Notes under the pieces: model-generated
What the model was told of the DNA's origin: nothing
What the model saw: only the letters and a program-made list of their open reading frames with translations
Databases searched by the model: none
Shown here: piece by piece, positions 41,241-50,991 of the stretch
How the letters are laid out: the number at the start of each line of letters is the position of its first letter
Numbering within the stretch: the stretch's first letter is position 1
Position numbers and translations under genes: made by a program
From: Thermoanaerobaculum sp.
Lineage (GTDB): Bacteria; Acidobacteriota; Thermoanaerobaculia; Thermoanaerobaculales; Thermoanaerobaculaceae
Reading direction: 5' to 3'
Assembly: GCA_039793905.1 (NCBI GenBank)
Contig: JBAMMG010000010.1
Coordinates: forward strand, 1 to 62,710
DNA length: 62,710 bases

Positions 41241-42947
41241 GTGGAACTTGACCGGGACGTGACGACCTTGAGCTTGGAGGAAAAGTACCCCGAGCTGCCC
41301 CGGCTGCTCCAGCTGGGGAAGGAGCGTGGGTACGTCCTCGTGGACGAGATCCTCGAGATCCTGCCGGAAGACGTGGCCGGCAACGCCGAGGAGCTGGACG
41401 AAATTTACCTGCGCTTTAGCGAAAACGACATCGAGGTCATTGAAAACCAAGAGAAAGCGGCCACCTTCGAAGAGGAGGCCGAGCGGGCCGCCAGCCCCGA
41501 AACCGCCGCGCCTCCCCTCCTCCAGGAGGAGCTGGAGCGCACCAACGACCCCGTGCGCATGTACCTGCGGGAAATGGGGACGGTCAAGCTGTTGGACAAA
41601 GAAGGGGAAGTGGCCATCGCCAAGCGCATCGAGGCCGGCGAAGCCAAGGTTTTTTGCGCCTTGGCCTCCTCTCCAAAGATCCTGGAGCTGTTCCTCCGGG
41701 CCAACGAAGCCGCCCGCCGGGACCGCCGCTTGAGCCGGGACCTCTTGGCGGGGCTTTCGGTGAAGCTGGATGAGCGCTCCCAGGCCAGGGTTCAGGAAGG
41801 CCTGACCATCTTTGCCAAGATCCGGGAGCTGGACCTGGCCTCCAAGGCCATCAAGGACCAACTCCGGAAGGCCAAGAAGGGCAGCAAGAAGGCCCAGCAG
41901 CTGGAAGCCAAGCTCGACGAGCTGGCCGGTGAAATCTCGGTGCTCGTGCGCTCCACCGACTTCACCACCCAGACCCGCAACCGCCTGTTGGCGTTTCTCG
42001 GGGAAGTGGAGCGGCAGTTTTCCATTCCCATCCAAACCATCCGCAAAGACGAGGGCAAGCTCAAGACCGAGCGCAACGCCGAGCGGCGGGCCTTTTACGA
42101 GGAGCGGATCCGCCGCTACCGCGAGGAGCTGGCCAAGCTGGAGGCGGAGTACGGGGTCCCCTACGAGGAGTTCAAGCGCGTGGTGGCCCAGGTTCGGGAA
42201 GGGGAGCGGGAAACCGACGAAGCCAAACAGGAGCTCATCGTCGCCAACCTGCGGCTGGTGGTCTCCATTGCCAAGAAGTACACGAACCGCGGCTTGCAGT
42301 TCTTGGACCTCATCCAGGAAGGCAACATCGGCCTCATGAAGGCCGTGGATAAGTTCGAGTACCGCCGGGGCTACAAGTTCTCCACCTACGCCACCTGGTG
42401 GATCCGGCAAGCCATCACCCGCGCCATTGCCGACCAAGCCCGCACCATCCGCATCCCCGTGCACATGATCGAAACCATCAACAAGCTCACCCGCTGCCAG
42501 CGCCAGCTCGTTCAAGAGCTGGGACGCGAGCCGACCTCGGAGGAAATCGCCGAGCGCATGGAAATCCCCGTGGCCAAGGTGCGCAAGATCATGAAAATCG
42601 CCCTAGAGCCCATTTCCCTGGAAACCCCCATTGGCGAAGAGGAGGATTCCCACCTGGGCGACTTCGTGGAGGACAGCTCGGTGGTCTCGCCCATCGACGC
42701 GGTCATTGCTACCTCCCTGCGCAAGCAAGCGGAAGCGGTTCTCCGCACCCTTACCCCCCGGGAAGCCGAGGTGTTGCGGCGGAGGTTCGGGATCGGCGAC
42801 GGCACCGAGCAAACCCTGGAGGAGGTGGGCAAGGCCTTCAACGTCACCCGCGAGCGCATCCGGCAAATTGAATCCAAGGCTTTGCGCAAGCTCCGGCACC
42901 CTTCCCGGGCCAAGCACCTCAAGCCTTACCTGGACGTCATTGGTTAG
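41241..42947 (+). CDS. rpoD: RNA polymerase primary sigma factor
   Basis: [36 protein letters not shown] and TRERIRQIE. Confidence 0.98.
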   Translation: MELDRDVTTLSLEEKYPELPRLLQLGKERGYVLVDEILEILPEDVAGNAEELDEIYLRFSENDIEVIENQEKAATFEEEAERAASPETAAPPLLQEELERTNDPVRMYLREMGTVKLLDKEGEVAIAKRIEAGEAKVFCALASSPKILELFLRANEAARRDRRLSRDLLAGLSVKLDERSQARVQEGLTIFAKIRELDLASKAIKDQLRKAKKGSKKAQQLEAKLDELAGEISVLVRSTDFTTQTRNRLLAFLGEVERQFSIPIQTIRKDEGKLKTERNAERRAFYEERIRRYREELAKLEAEYGVPYEEFKRVVAQVREGERETDEAKQELIVANLRLVVSIAKKYTNRGLQFLDLIQEGNIGLMKAVDKFEYRRGYKFSTYATWWIRQAITRAIADQARTIRIPVHMIETINKLTRCQRQLVQELGREPTSEEIAERMEIPVAKVRKIMKIALEPISLETPIGEEEDSHLGDFVEDSSVVSPIDAVIATSLRKQAEAVLRTLTPREAEVLRRRFGIGDGTEQTLEEVGKAFNVTRERIRQIESKALRKLRHPSRAKHLKPYLDVIG

Positions 42948-42962
42948 CTTTGCCCAGGGCGC

Positions 42963-42992
42963 TTGTGAGGCGGCCGTAAAAAGGCGTACAAT
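42963..42992 (+). promoter_or_regulatory. Putative promoter for the tRNA(CAT)-DUF164 unit
   Basis: TTGTGA-18 nt-TACAAT. Confidence 0.5.
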
Positions 42993-43084
42993 CCCCCTTC
43001 GGGATGCCCGGCTCCTGCCGAGGTGGGTTTTTGGCAAGAAAGAACGAGCAGCAGCACCCAACGCGGGAAATGAGGCGGGCGCAA

Positions 43085-43160
43085 GGGTCCATAGCTCAGC
43101 GGTTAGAGCTGCCGGCTCATAACCGGTAGGTCCCAGGTTCGAATCCTGGTGGACCCACCA
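43085..43160 (+). tRNA. tRNA with CAT anticodon, probably tRNA-Ile2 (lysidine)
   Basis: 76-nt cloverleaf with CTCATAA loop and CCA. The paired G1-C72 and lack of three G-C anticodon pairs exclude an initiator. Ile2 versus elongator Met is inferred from sequence type and position after rpoD. Confidence 0.9.
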
Positions 43161-43170
43161 GCTGGGAGGG

Positions 43171-43911
43171 TTGGTTTTGGACACACGGGAAAAGCTCCGT
43201 TACTTCGTGACCCTGCAAAAGCTCCTCGACCAACGGCGCCAGGCCCGCTTCCTTTTGGAAAACCCGCCGGAAGAGCTGCGCCAGCACCAGGAGCGCTTTG
43301 CCGAAAGGCGGAAGCTCTTGGCTGCCAAAAAGGACGAGCTCGCCAAGATCAAAGCCGAGCAAACCGCCCTCCAGCAAGAGCTCGAGGCGCTGCACAAGGA
43401 ACGGGACCACTTCCGCAAGCAGAAGAGCATGGTGACCAACATGCGCCAGCTCCAGGCCGTGGTTTCCGAGCTTGACCACGTGGAGGCGGAAATCAAGTCC
43501 CGCGAGGAAAAACTCCTCGCGCTCTGGCAGCAGGTGGAAGCCCTGGAAAAGGACGTGGCGGGGCTCTCCCAAGAATCGGAAGAGGAGCGCCAGGCCCGAG
43601 AAGAGCTGGAAACGGTCTTTGCCGCCCAGAAAAAGCGGGCCGAAGAGGAGCTTGCCAGGATCGAAGCCCAGCTGCGGGAAACGCAAAAGCTTTTGGGCAG
43701 CGCCGGATGGGAGGAGTTCAAGAAGCTGTGGAGCACCCGCAAACCTGCGGCGGTCGTGCCCATGGATGGCGATTCCTGCTCGGCATGCCACGCTCAGCTC
43801 CGGCCGTACCTAGTCCAGGTGGTCAAGGCTGCAACCGAGCTCGCCTTTTGCGATTCCTGCCGCCGCCTCCTTTACGACCCCGAAGGCATCCAACCTTTGA
43901 CCTTCGAGTGA
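43171..43911 (+). CDS. DUF164-type coiled-coil protein with C4 zinc ribbon
   Basis: Long coiled coil followed by CSAC...CDSCRRLLY; TTG start after GGGAGG. Confidence 0.88.
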   Translation: MVLDTREKLRYFVTLQKLLDQRRQARFLLENPPEELRQHQERFAERRKLLAAKKDELAKIKAEQTALQQELEALHKERDHFRKQKSMVTNMRQLQAVVSELDHVEAEIKSREEKLLALWQQVEALEKDVAGLSQESEEERQAREELETVFAAQKKRAEEELARIEAQLRETQKLLGSAGWEEFKKLWSTRKPAAVVPMDGDSCSACHAQLRPYLVQVVKAATELAFCDSCRRLLYDPEGIQPLTFE

Positions 43912-44339
43912 TGGGCACCTTTCAGGTAGACATTGACGGCGGCTGCTGGGGCAACCCGGGGGAAGCCGGGGCTGGGGTGGTCATCGTGTTTCCCGACGGC
44001 CGCCGCGAGGAGCACACCGTGTACCTAGGCCAAGCCACCAACAACGTGGCCGAGTACGCGGCCCTCTTGGCCGCCCTCGGGCGCCTCCGAGAGCTGGGCG
44101 CCACCGAGGTGGAGATCCGCACCGACTCCCAGCTTTTGGCCCGCCAGCTGGCGGGCGAGTACAGGGTGCGCGCCCCCCACCTCCAACCCCTCTGGCGGCG
44201 GGCCCAGGAGCTTTTGGGCCGGTTCTCCCGCGTGGCGATCCGCTTTGTGCCCCGAGAGCAAAACGCCCGTGCCGACGCCTTGGCCGAACAAGCCATTGCC
44301 GGCAAGCGGTCCACCTTGCCGTCGCCCCTGGCGCCATGA
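43911..44339 (+). CDS. rnhA: Ribonuclease HI
   Basis: DGGCWGNPG, TNNVAEY, TDSQL and NARADALA catalytic motifs. Confidence 0.92.
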   Translation: MGTFQVDIDGGCWGNPGEAGAGVVIVFPDGRREEHTVYLGQATNNVAEYAALLAALGRLRELGATEVEIRTDSQLLARQLAGEYRVRAPHLQPLWRRAQELLGRFSRVAIRFVPREQNARADALAEQAIAGKRSTLPSPLAP

Positions 44340-45025
44340 CCGCCGTCGCCGAAAACCTCGCCTTGGTTCGCGAGCGCATCGCCCGCGCGTGCGGGAAAGT
44401 TGGCCGCGATCCCCGCGAGGTGAAGGTCCTGGCGGTGACCAAGACCCACCCACCGGAAGTCGTGGAGAAAGCCATTGCCGCCGGCTGCGACGCCATTGGC
44501 GAAAACCGCGTCCAGGAAGCGGCGGCCAAAAAGCCGTTGGTTCGAGGCTTCGCCCCCTGGCACCTGGTGGGACCCTTGCAGCGGAACAAGGCCAGGAAGG
44601 CCCTGGAGCTGTTCGATGTCATCGCCACCGTGGACCGCGCCCCCCTTGCCGATCTCCTCGAGGGCCTTCTCGCGCCCCGCAACCGGTCCCTTCCGGTCAT
44701 GGTGGAGGTGAACTTGGGCCGCGAACCCCAAAAGAGCGGGGTGCTGGAGGAGGGGCTCCACGCGCTGGCCACTCACATCTTCGAGCGCTGCCCGCACCTC
44801 CAGCTCGTCGGGCTTTTGACCGTCCCCCCGTACGACCCGGACCCCGAGCGCTCCCGACCCTTCTTTGCCCGCCTTCGGGAGCTGGCGAGAACGCTCGAGC
44901 GGTGCTTCTCCCTCCCCAAGCTGGAGCTTTCCATGGGCATGTCCGAGGATTTCCCAGTCGCCGTGGAGGAAGGGGCAACCTGGGTGCGGCTCGGGCGGGT
45001 GCTCTTCGGCCCCCGGCGGACGTAA
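44336..45025 (+). CDS. yggS: PLP homeostasis protein YggS
   Basis: LAVTKT, GENRVQE, WHLVGPLQRNK and LSMGMSED. Confidence 0.95.
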   Translation: MTAVAENLALVRERIARACGKVGRDPREVKVLAVTKTHPPEVVEKAIAAGCDAIGENRVQEAAAKKPLVRGFAPWHLVGPLQRNKARKALELFDVIATVDRAPLADLLEGLLAPRNRSLPVMVEVNLGREPQKSGVLEEGLHALATHIFERCPHLQLVGLLTVPPYDPDPERSRPFFARLRELARTLERCFSLPKLELSMGMSEDFPVAVEEGATWVRLGRVLFGPRRT

Positions 45026-45078
45026 AGGCCTTGCCCCAGGACGGTGGTAAGCTGGTGACGAGGCTGGAGGAGCTGGCC

Positions 45079-45594
45079 ATGCACCGCCTGACACCGCTGG
45101 AAATCCAAGGGGCTTCCTTCCCTACCAAGCTTAAGGGCTTCGACCCGGAAGCGGTACGCGAGTTCTTGCGCGCCATTGCCGAGCAAGTGGAAGAAGAGGC
45201 GAGGGCACGGGGCGAGCTCCGGGCGCAAGTGGAAATGCTTTCCCGCCAACTGGAGGAATACCGCTCTCAAGCCGAAGCCCTCAACGAAGCCCTCATTGCC
45301 GCCCAAAAAACCGCCGAAGCCACCGTGCAAAAGGCGGAGGCCGAGGCCCAGAAGATCATTACCGAAGCCCAGGCCCTGGCTGACCGGTTGGTGGAAGAAG
45401 CGAGGCAGCGTGCCGAAGCGGTAGAGACGATCATCGCCCAGCTCAAATCCCAGAGGCGCTCGGCCCGCGCCGACATGAAGCGTTTGGCCGAGCTGCTCTT
45501 GGGCCTGGTGAAGGACGACGAATCGGCAGAAAAGCGCGAATCCGAAGCGGCGAGCCTGGCGATCCTTCGGCCCCGCCCCAAGTCCCAGCCGTGA
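45079..45594 (+). CDS. divIVA: DivIVA domain protein
   Basis: LTPLEI..F..KLKGFDPEAVREFL followed by coiled coil; GGAGG SD. Confidence 0.88.
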   Translation: MHRLTPLEIQGASFPTKLKGFDPEAVREFLRAIAEQVEEEARARGELRAQVEMLSRQLEEYRSQAEALNEALIAAQKTAEATVQKAEAEAQKIITEAQALADRLVEEARQRAEAVETIIAQLKSQRRSARADMKRLAELLLGLVKDDESAEKRESEAASLAILRPRPKSQP

Positions 45595-46889
45595 GCCTTT
45601 TGGTGGCCAACACTTCGGGGGTGTTCACCCCCTTGGGGCGGCACGCTGCCGCCGGCGCCGCCCAAGGGGAGGTGGCCTGTTTCCCCAAGGCGGTGGTGCG
45701 CTGCGAGGGCGAAACCATCGTCTTTGTAGGTGAAAGCTCGGAGCACGACCGTTTGTTCCCACCCCCGGACGAGGTCCTGGACGCCCGAGGTGGCTGCGTG
45801 GTTCCCGGCTTCGTGGACCCCCACACCCACCTTCCTTTTGCCGGCTACCGGGAAGACGAGTTCGATCGGCGCCTGGCGGGGGAGACTTACGCCCAGATTG
45901 CCGCCTCCGGGGGCGGCATCGTCAAAACCGTGGCAGCCACCCGCAACGCCTCGGAAGAAGAGCTCTTGGCCCTCACCCTCCAGCGTCTCTCCCGGCAGCT
46001 TGTGTGGGGAACGACCACCACCGAAGCCAAGTCCGGGTACGGCTTGGACGTGGAAAACGAGCTCAAGCAGCTGCGGGTGCTGCGCAGGGCCGGCGAGCTC
46101 CAGCCCGTGGAGATCGTGCCCACCGCCATGCCCGCCCACGAGGTCCCTCCCGAGTGGCGGCACGACCCCGAGGGCTACGTGGACCTCGTCATCCGCGAGG
46201 TTTACCCCGCCATCGCCCGGGAGGGCCTCGCCCAAGGGGTAGACGTCTTTTGCGAGCGAGGGGTTTTCACGCCGGAGCAAACCCGCAGGCTCCTGGCCCC
46301 CGCTCGCCGCTACGGCTGGCGCATGCACCTTCACGCCGACGAGCTCTCGCCCCTGGGAGGGGCGGAGTTGGCTGCGGAACTGGGGGCCTCCTCCGCCTCA
46401 CACCTCCTCCACGTCTCGGAAGCGGGCATCCACGCCTTAAGGGCCGCTGGCGTGGTGGCCGTGGTCCTGCCCGGGGTTTCCTTTTTTTTGCGGGATCGCT
46501 ACGCACCCGTGCGCGCCCTCATAACCGCGGGCGTGCCGGTGGCTCTGGCCACGGACTGTAACCCCGGCTCCTCCCACACGGAATCCATGGCCGCCATCAT
46601 GCAGCTCGCCTCTTTAGGGGCCGGCATGAAAAGCGAGGAAGCCCTCACGGCAGCGACCCTCAACGCTGCTGCTGCCCTCGGTCTTGCCGAGCGCTTGGGG
46701 AGCGTGGAGGTCGGCAAGCAAGCCGACCTTGTGGTTCTCGACGCCCCCAACCCCAAGCACCTCGTCTACCACTTTGGCGTCAACCTCGTACGCCACGTGG
46801 TGAAGCGCGGGCGCGTGGTGGTCAAGGAGAGTCGGAGCGCGAGCTCCCGCCAGGGGAACCCCCTGGAGAGCTCGGGGGGCGCTGCTTGA
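45591..46889 (+). CDS. hutI: Imidazolonepropionase
   Basis: PGFVDPHTH, GGGIVKTV, EAKSGYGL, HADE and ATDCNPGSS. Confidence 0.93.
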   Translation: MSLLVANTSGVFTPLGRHAAAGAAQGEVACFPKAVVRCEGETIVFVGESSEHDRLFPPPDEVLDARGGCVVPGFVDPHTHLPFAGYREDEFDRRLAGETYAQIAASGGGIVKTVAATRNASEEELLALTLQRLSRQLVWGTTTTEAKSGYGLDVENELKQLRVLRRAGELQPVEIVPTAMPAHEVPPEWRHDPEGYVDLVIREVYPAIAREGLAQGVDVFCERGVFTPEQTRRLLAPARRYGWRMHLHADELSPLGGAELAAELGASSASHLLHVSEAGIHALRAAGVVAVVLPGVSFFLRDRYAPVRALITAGVPVALATDCNPGSSHTESMAAIMQLASLGAGMKSEEALTAATLNAAAALGLAERLGSVEVGKQADLVVLDAPNPKHLVYHFGVNLVRHVVKRGRVVVKESRSASSRQGNPLESSGGAA

Positions 46890-48063
46890 GCGCCACGATC
46901 AAAACCAGGTTGCTCAGCACGATGACCCCCGAAGTCACGGGTAGGAACCAGGTGCTCCCGTAGCCGGCATCGGTAGCCACGAGAGCCAGAACCGCACTGA
47001 CCAAACCCCGGGGCTGCAAAAGCCACAGGAGCTTCTGCTCCCACGCCTCCAGGCCCTCGCCCAGGTGTTTCGAGCGGAAAAAGAGCCAGTAGCGGGAGAG
47101 TACGAGCCACAGCCAGGCACCAACGGCGGTGAGGAGGACCGGTGCCGAAAACCCCCGTCGGGAAACCACGACGCCCAGGAAAACGAAAAAGAACGTCCGC
47201 ACCAAGAAGGTCAGCTGCTGAATGAAGCGGTGCAGCCTGGCAACGGTGGCTTCCGCGATGTCCGCGGTCACCCGCGAGGGAAAACCCAAAAGCTCCAAAA
47301 CCTCGCGCTCGTTGGCCATGACCAACCCGAAGGTCAGCACCGCTAAGGCCCCCGAAGCGCCGGGCAGCTCCACCAGCCCCCAGAGGAGCATGGCCAAAGC
47401 AAAGGTGAGAACATCGGCGTGGGGCACGTGGCCTAAGCGGCGCAGGAAGGGGGGCCACAAGAGACCACAGATCACGGCCAGAACCACGGAAAAGAGCGCG
47501 GCCATAAGCGAGCCCAGAGCCACCAGGCTCCCCCAGCCACCCCGCTCCAGAAGGGTGAGCGCCGCTTCCATGGTCAAAAGGGCCATCACATCGGCAACCG
47601 CCGCCTCCAGGGTGGCTAGGGTCCGCACGCCCTGGCCCACCGGAAGCCGGCCAACCAAGGGCAAGACGATGCTCCCCGAAACGGGCGCCAGGGCCACGGC
47701 CAAGAGCAGAGCTTCCCGCCAGGGTCGTCCCACCAAGATGAGAAACGCGGCCACGCCAACGACGGCCAGACCAAAGGCGCGGAAGGCGAGGGCCAAGCCC
47801 TTTTTGAGCCCCCGCTGCACCTCTTCAAGCTGAAGGTCCAAACCGCCTTCCAAAAGGATCAAGAGAAAAGCCAGGGAACCGAAATGGGGCGCCACGTCTC
47901 GGAACCGCTCGGCGGGCAGCCACCCGGTGACGGGCCCCATGATCAAGCCGGCAGCCATGAGCACGAGGACCGGGGGCACCTTGAGCTGTTCCAGGAAGCC
48001 CTCGGTAACGTAGGCCAAAAAAACGAGGCCGCCGGCCAGCACCAAAAACGTTGCGGCGCTCAT
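46822..48063 (-). CDS. Cation:proton antiporter (CPA1/NhaP-like)
   Basis: About 12 TM; LILLEGGLDL, LEAAVAD, FFFVFLG and PRGLVSAVLA. Start at ATG 48063. Confidence 0.85.
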   Translation of the reverse strand: MSAATFLVLAGGLVFLAYVTEGFLEQLKVPPVLVLMAAGLIMGPVTGWLPAERFRDVAPHFGSLAFLLILLEGGLDLQLEEVQRGLKKGLALAFRAFGLAVVGVAAFLILVGRPWREALLLAVALAPVSGSIVLPLVGRLPVGQGVRTLATLEAAVADVMALLTMEAALTLLERGGWGSLVALGSLMAALFSVVLAVICGLLWPPFLRRLGHVPHADVLTFALAMLLWGLVELPGASGALAVLTFGLVMANEREVLELLGFPSRVTADIAEATVARLHRFIQQLTFLVRTFFFVFLGVVVSRRGFSAPVLLTAVGAWLWLVLSRYWLFFRSKHLGEGLEAWEQKLLWLLQPRGLVSAVLALVATDAGYGSTWFLPVTSGVIVLSNLVLIVALKQRPPSSPGGSPGGSSRSDSP

Positions 48064-48114
48064 GCCACGCCCATGGTAGAGTGCCTCCGGCCCTGCGCCA
48101 AAGATGGGGGTGCC

Positions 48115-48432
48115 ATGAGGGATTTTTATCAGCGCGGCCCTCTCGTGACCTTGCTCCGCCTCGTCCCCAAAGACCTGGCGCGCCACCAGAAGGAACTGGC
48201 CAACTCCTTTGCCGTAGCGGTCTTCAATGGCCCCTATTTCGATCGCCATGGGGAAGAGGAAGCCGCGGAAACCTTTTCCCGGGCGGTGGCCGAAGGGTGC
48301 GCAGCTTTTGCCCGCGACCCCCTGGGTGTCCCGCCCCTCCCCAACTGGGAGCGGGGGTTGGCGGCCCTTCCGGATGCCGGTTCGAGGCTCCTGGGCGCCG
48401 TGGGGGCGCTGGGAGGGGTCGTGAGAGCGTGA
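48115..48432 (+). pseudogene. Internally deleted glucosyl-3-phosphoglycerate synthase (GpgS)-like remnant
   Basis: N-terminal MRDFYQRG..TL and C-terminal NG..FDRHGEE.A.ETF...P.....LPNWER resemble the two ends of the ~400-aa GpgS-type family (recalled). Only 105 aa, no DxD core, coupled to an MpgP/GpgP phosphatase. Confidence 0.6.
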
Positions 48433-49196
48433 AGCCAGCGCTGATCGTTACGGACCTCGACGGCACGCTCCTGGAGCCTAACGGGAGGTACCGCCCCGAG
48501 GTGCTTCGAGCTTTGAGCAAACTCAAGGAGGCCGGCGTTCCCGTTGTCCCCGTCACGTCCAAAACCGCGTCGGAGGTTCGGGAGCTCCTTCATGCCCTCG
48601 GGCTTTCGGGGCCGGCAGGGGTCGAGAACGGTGCCGAGCTCTTGCGTGGGGAGGGCACCACCGAGCTTTCTCCAGGCGCCATCCCCTACCCGCAGCTTTT
48701 GGAGGAAGCCTACGAGCTTCGAAAGCGCTCGGGCGTGCAGCTTCGCACCCTTCCCGAGCTTTCCGACTCCGAGCTCCAGGCCCTCACCGGCCTTTTTCGG
48801 GCAAAGCTGGAAGCCGTTCGCGCTCGTACCGCCACCTGCCCCCTGGTTGTCGCTCCAGAAGCCGACCGTACCTTGACCCCGTTGCTCCCTCAAGGCCTGC
48901 AGCTTGTGCGGGGAAACCGTTTTTTGCACCTCCAGGGTCTTCACACCAAAGCCAGCGTTTTGCCGGCAATCCGCCAGGCGCTGGGGGTTTTTTCAGGTCC
49001 GGTTTTGGCTTTCGGCGATGCCCCCAACGACCTGGAGCTTTTGGCCGCGGCGGACCTCAAGGTCATCGTTCCAAGGGAAGAGGGACCCAACCGGGAGCTG
49101 CTCGCGGCTGTCCCGGAAGCCTACCTGGCCCCCCTCCCCCATGGCCGCGGGTGGGCAAAAGCCATCGAAGCGCTCGTTTCGGAGGCCCAGCGATGA
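48429..49196 (+). CDS. Mannosyl/glucosyl-3-phosphoglycerate phosphatase family (HAD-IIB)
   Basis: TDLDGTLL, TSKTASE, VENGA, GNRFLH and GDAPND motifs; GTG start overlapping the upstream stop. Confidence 0.85.
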   Translation: MKPALIVTDLDGTLLEPNGRYRPEVLRALSKLKEAGVPVVPVTSKTASEVRELLHALGLSGPAGVENGAELLRGEGTTELSPGAIPYPQLLEEAYELRKRSGVQLRTLPELSDSELQALTGLFRAKLEAVRARTATCPLVVAPEADRTLTPLLPQGLQLVRGNRFLHLQGLHTKASVLPAIRQALGVFSGPVLAFGDAPNDLELLAAADLKVIVPREEGPNRELLAAVPEAYLAPLPHGRGWAKAIEALVSEAQR

Positions 49197-49245
49197 ACCC
49201 GTTCTCGCCCCTGCGGGGCATCACCCGAGGGCTCTTGCACCCGAC

Positions 49246-50991
49246 TTAGTTGCGGGAGCCTCGGGGTCCCAAGACCTCGACACCCTCCCCCGCAAAAGCC
49301 GCCCGCAGGATATCGCGAGCATCCACCAGGCCCACGGGTCTTTGGGTTTGGGGATCCACCACCACCAGCTCCTCAACGCCGGATAAAGCCAACAGCTCGG
49401 CGGCTTCTTCCGAGGTGGCTGCCGGGGTAAGGAACGGCACCTCCTCCGCCAAATCCGCAGCGACGACAGGAGCTTCTTCCGGTAGGCCCCACAGGGCTGC
49501 CTTCACCGCGGCCAGGCGAACCGCCCCCATGACCCTGCCGTCTGCGTCCACCACCGGAAAAACGACCTGAGGGGCGGAAAGCAATCGGGGCAAGGCCTGC
49601 CCCAGAGGGATGCCCGCCTGGAGAGTCACGAACTCGGGCCGCATGAGGTGGCGAGCCGGGATGCTCGCGAGGCCCTGGCCCTGGACCTCGTACGCCGGGC
49701 CTCCCAACTCTCGGACCTCGCGGTGGTACATCCCCACACGGCGCAAACTCCGCGCCGCAAGGCTCGCGGCAGCGATAGCCAAAAGCGCCCCAGGCACCAC
49801 TTGGTAAGAGCCGGTGAGCTCGAGAACCAGGAACATGGAGGTGAGGGCCGCTCGAGTACCCGCCGCCAAGACCGCGCCCATCCCCACCACGGAAAAAGCC
49901 GCCGGGGCCTCCGAAAGGCCAAGCTGGGCCAGGGCGGACCCGTAGGCCCCACCACCCATGGCCCCCAAAAACAAAAGCGGCGCCAAATCGCCGCCCCACC
50001 CCCCCGAACCCAGGGTGAGACTGGTGGCCACGATTTTGGCCAAAAGCGCCGTCGCCATGAGTTGCCAAGGAAGCTCCCCTGCGCAGGCCTGAACGATCCA
50101 CTCGTAGCCGTTTCCAAGGACCTGAGGGACGGCGAGGGCCAGGGCCCCAACTCCCAAGCCCCCCAGGGCAGCTCGCAGCTCGGGGGCCACAGAAAGGCGG
50201 GAAAACAAGCGGTGGCTCAACCTATTCGTCGAAGAAAAAAGCTCGGCAATGACCGCCGCGAGGATCCCCAAACCCAAGAAAAGCAGGGTTTCGCGAAACG
50301 GTGGGTACGGAAAGGGCGGCAAGCGGAAGTGCCCCACGTCCGGGGAGCCCTCCAGGGCCCGGCACACGATGGTCCCGGAAACCGAGGCCACCATGACCGG
50401 CGCCAGGGTCGTCACGCGAAAGTCCCCCAGCACCAGCTCGAGGGTGAAAAACACGCCGGCCAGAGGGGCGTTGAACGCTGCCGCCACCGCCGCCGACGTC
50501 CCGCACGCCACCAGCATTTGCCTCTGCCGCGGGAGCAAACCCAGGGCTCGCGCCACCACCGCTCCCAGCGTCCCACCCATGGCCACCACCGGTGCTTCCC
50601 GTCCTGCCGATCCGCCGCTGCCTATGGTCAGGACGCTACCTACGAACGTCGCCGGGAGGAGAGCCCCTGGAAGCTTGGCCCAGCGGTTTCTGGCATCGAG
50701 CATCACGGTCGGGACGCCGGGTCGACGGAAAAAACGGAAAAGCCTCGAGGTCACGGCCACCGCCAGGGCGGCCCCTACCGCCGGATAAATCATGGTGGCC
50801 GGAAAGACCGGCCAAAGGCCTTGCAGAAAACGCCGAACGGGGAAATCCAGCACCGCCCAAAGGGCGGCAATGGCATCCCAGAAACCTACCGAAACCGCGC
50901 CGGCGGCGGCCCCGACCCCTGCGGCCAAGGCCAAGCTTCGCGCCGGAAGGCGGACGAGCCGCCCCGGCCACCCCAAAGCGGCACGCTCCAT
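49246..50991 (-). CDS. ClC-family anion channel/transporter with CBS pair
   Basis: GSGGSAGREAP, AAFNAPLAG, LELTGSY and C-terminal CBS domains. Start at ATG 50991 (TAATG overlap). Confidence 0.9.
   Translation of the reverse strand: MERAALGWPGRLVRLPARSLALAAGVGAAAGAVSVGFWDAIAALWAVLDFPVRRFLQGLWPVFPATMIYPAVGAALAVAVTSRLFRFFRRPGVPTVMLDARNRWAKLPGALLPATFVGSVLTIGSGGSAGREAPVVAMGGTLGAVVARALGLLPRQRQMLVACGTSAAVAAAFNAPLAGVFFTLELVLGDFRVTTLAPVMVASVSGTIVCRALEGSPDVGHFRLPPFPYPPFRETLLFLGLGILAAVIAELFSSTNRLSHRLFSRLSVAPELRAALGGLGVGALALAVPQVLGNGYEWIVQACAGELPWQLMATALLAKIVATSLTLGSGGWGGDLAPLLFLGAMGGGAYGSALAQLGLSEAPAAFSVVGMGAVLAAGTRAALTSMFLVLELTGSYQVVPGALLAIAAASLAARSLRRVGMYHREVRELGGPAYEVQGQGLASIPARHLMRPEFVTLQAGIPLGQALPRLLSAPQVVFPVVDADGRVMGAVRLAAVKAALWGLPEEAPVVAADLAEEVPFLTPAATSEEAAELLALSGVEELVVVDPQTQRPVGLVDARDILRAAFAGEGVEVLGPRGSRN

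Noticed and set aside
5094-42515. Long antisense ORFs opposite rho, lon, clpX/clpP, clpB, OPT and rpoD (for example 5094-6632, 7351-9222, 9819-11501, 25965-27716, 30117-31886, 40881-42515)
   Set aside because: They are mirror frames of conserved GC-rich genes, with no recognisable motifs.
42993-43084. Possible sRNA between rpoD and tRNA(CAT)
   Set aside because: No convincing structure or known motif; explained as a tRNA leader.
12454-43160. tRNA genes as prophage or island attachment sites
   Set aside because: No integrase, no duplicated tRNA 3' ends and no compositional shift seen; the flanks are core genes.
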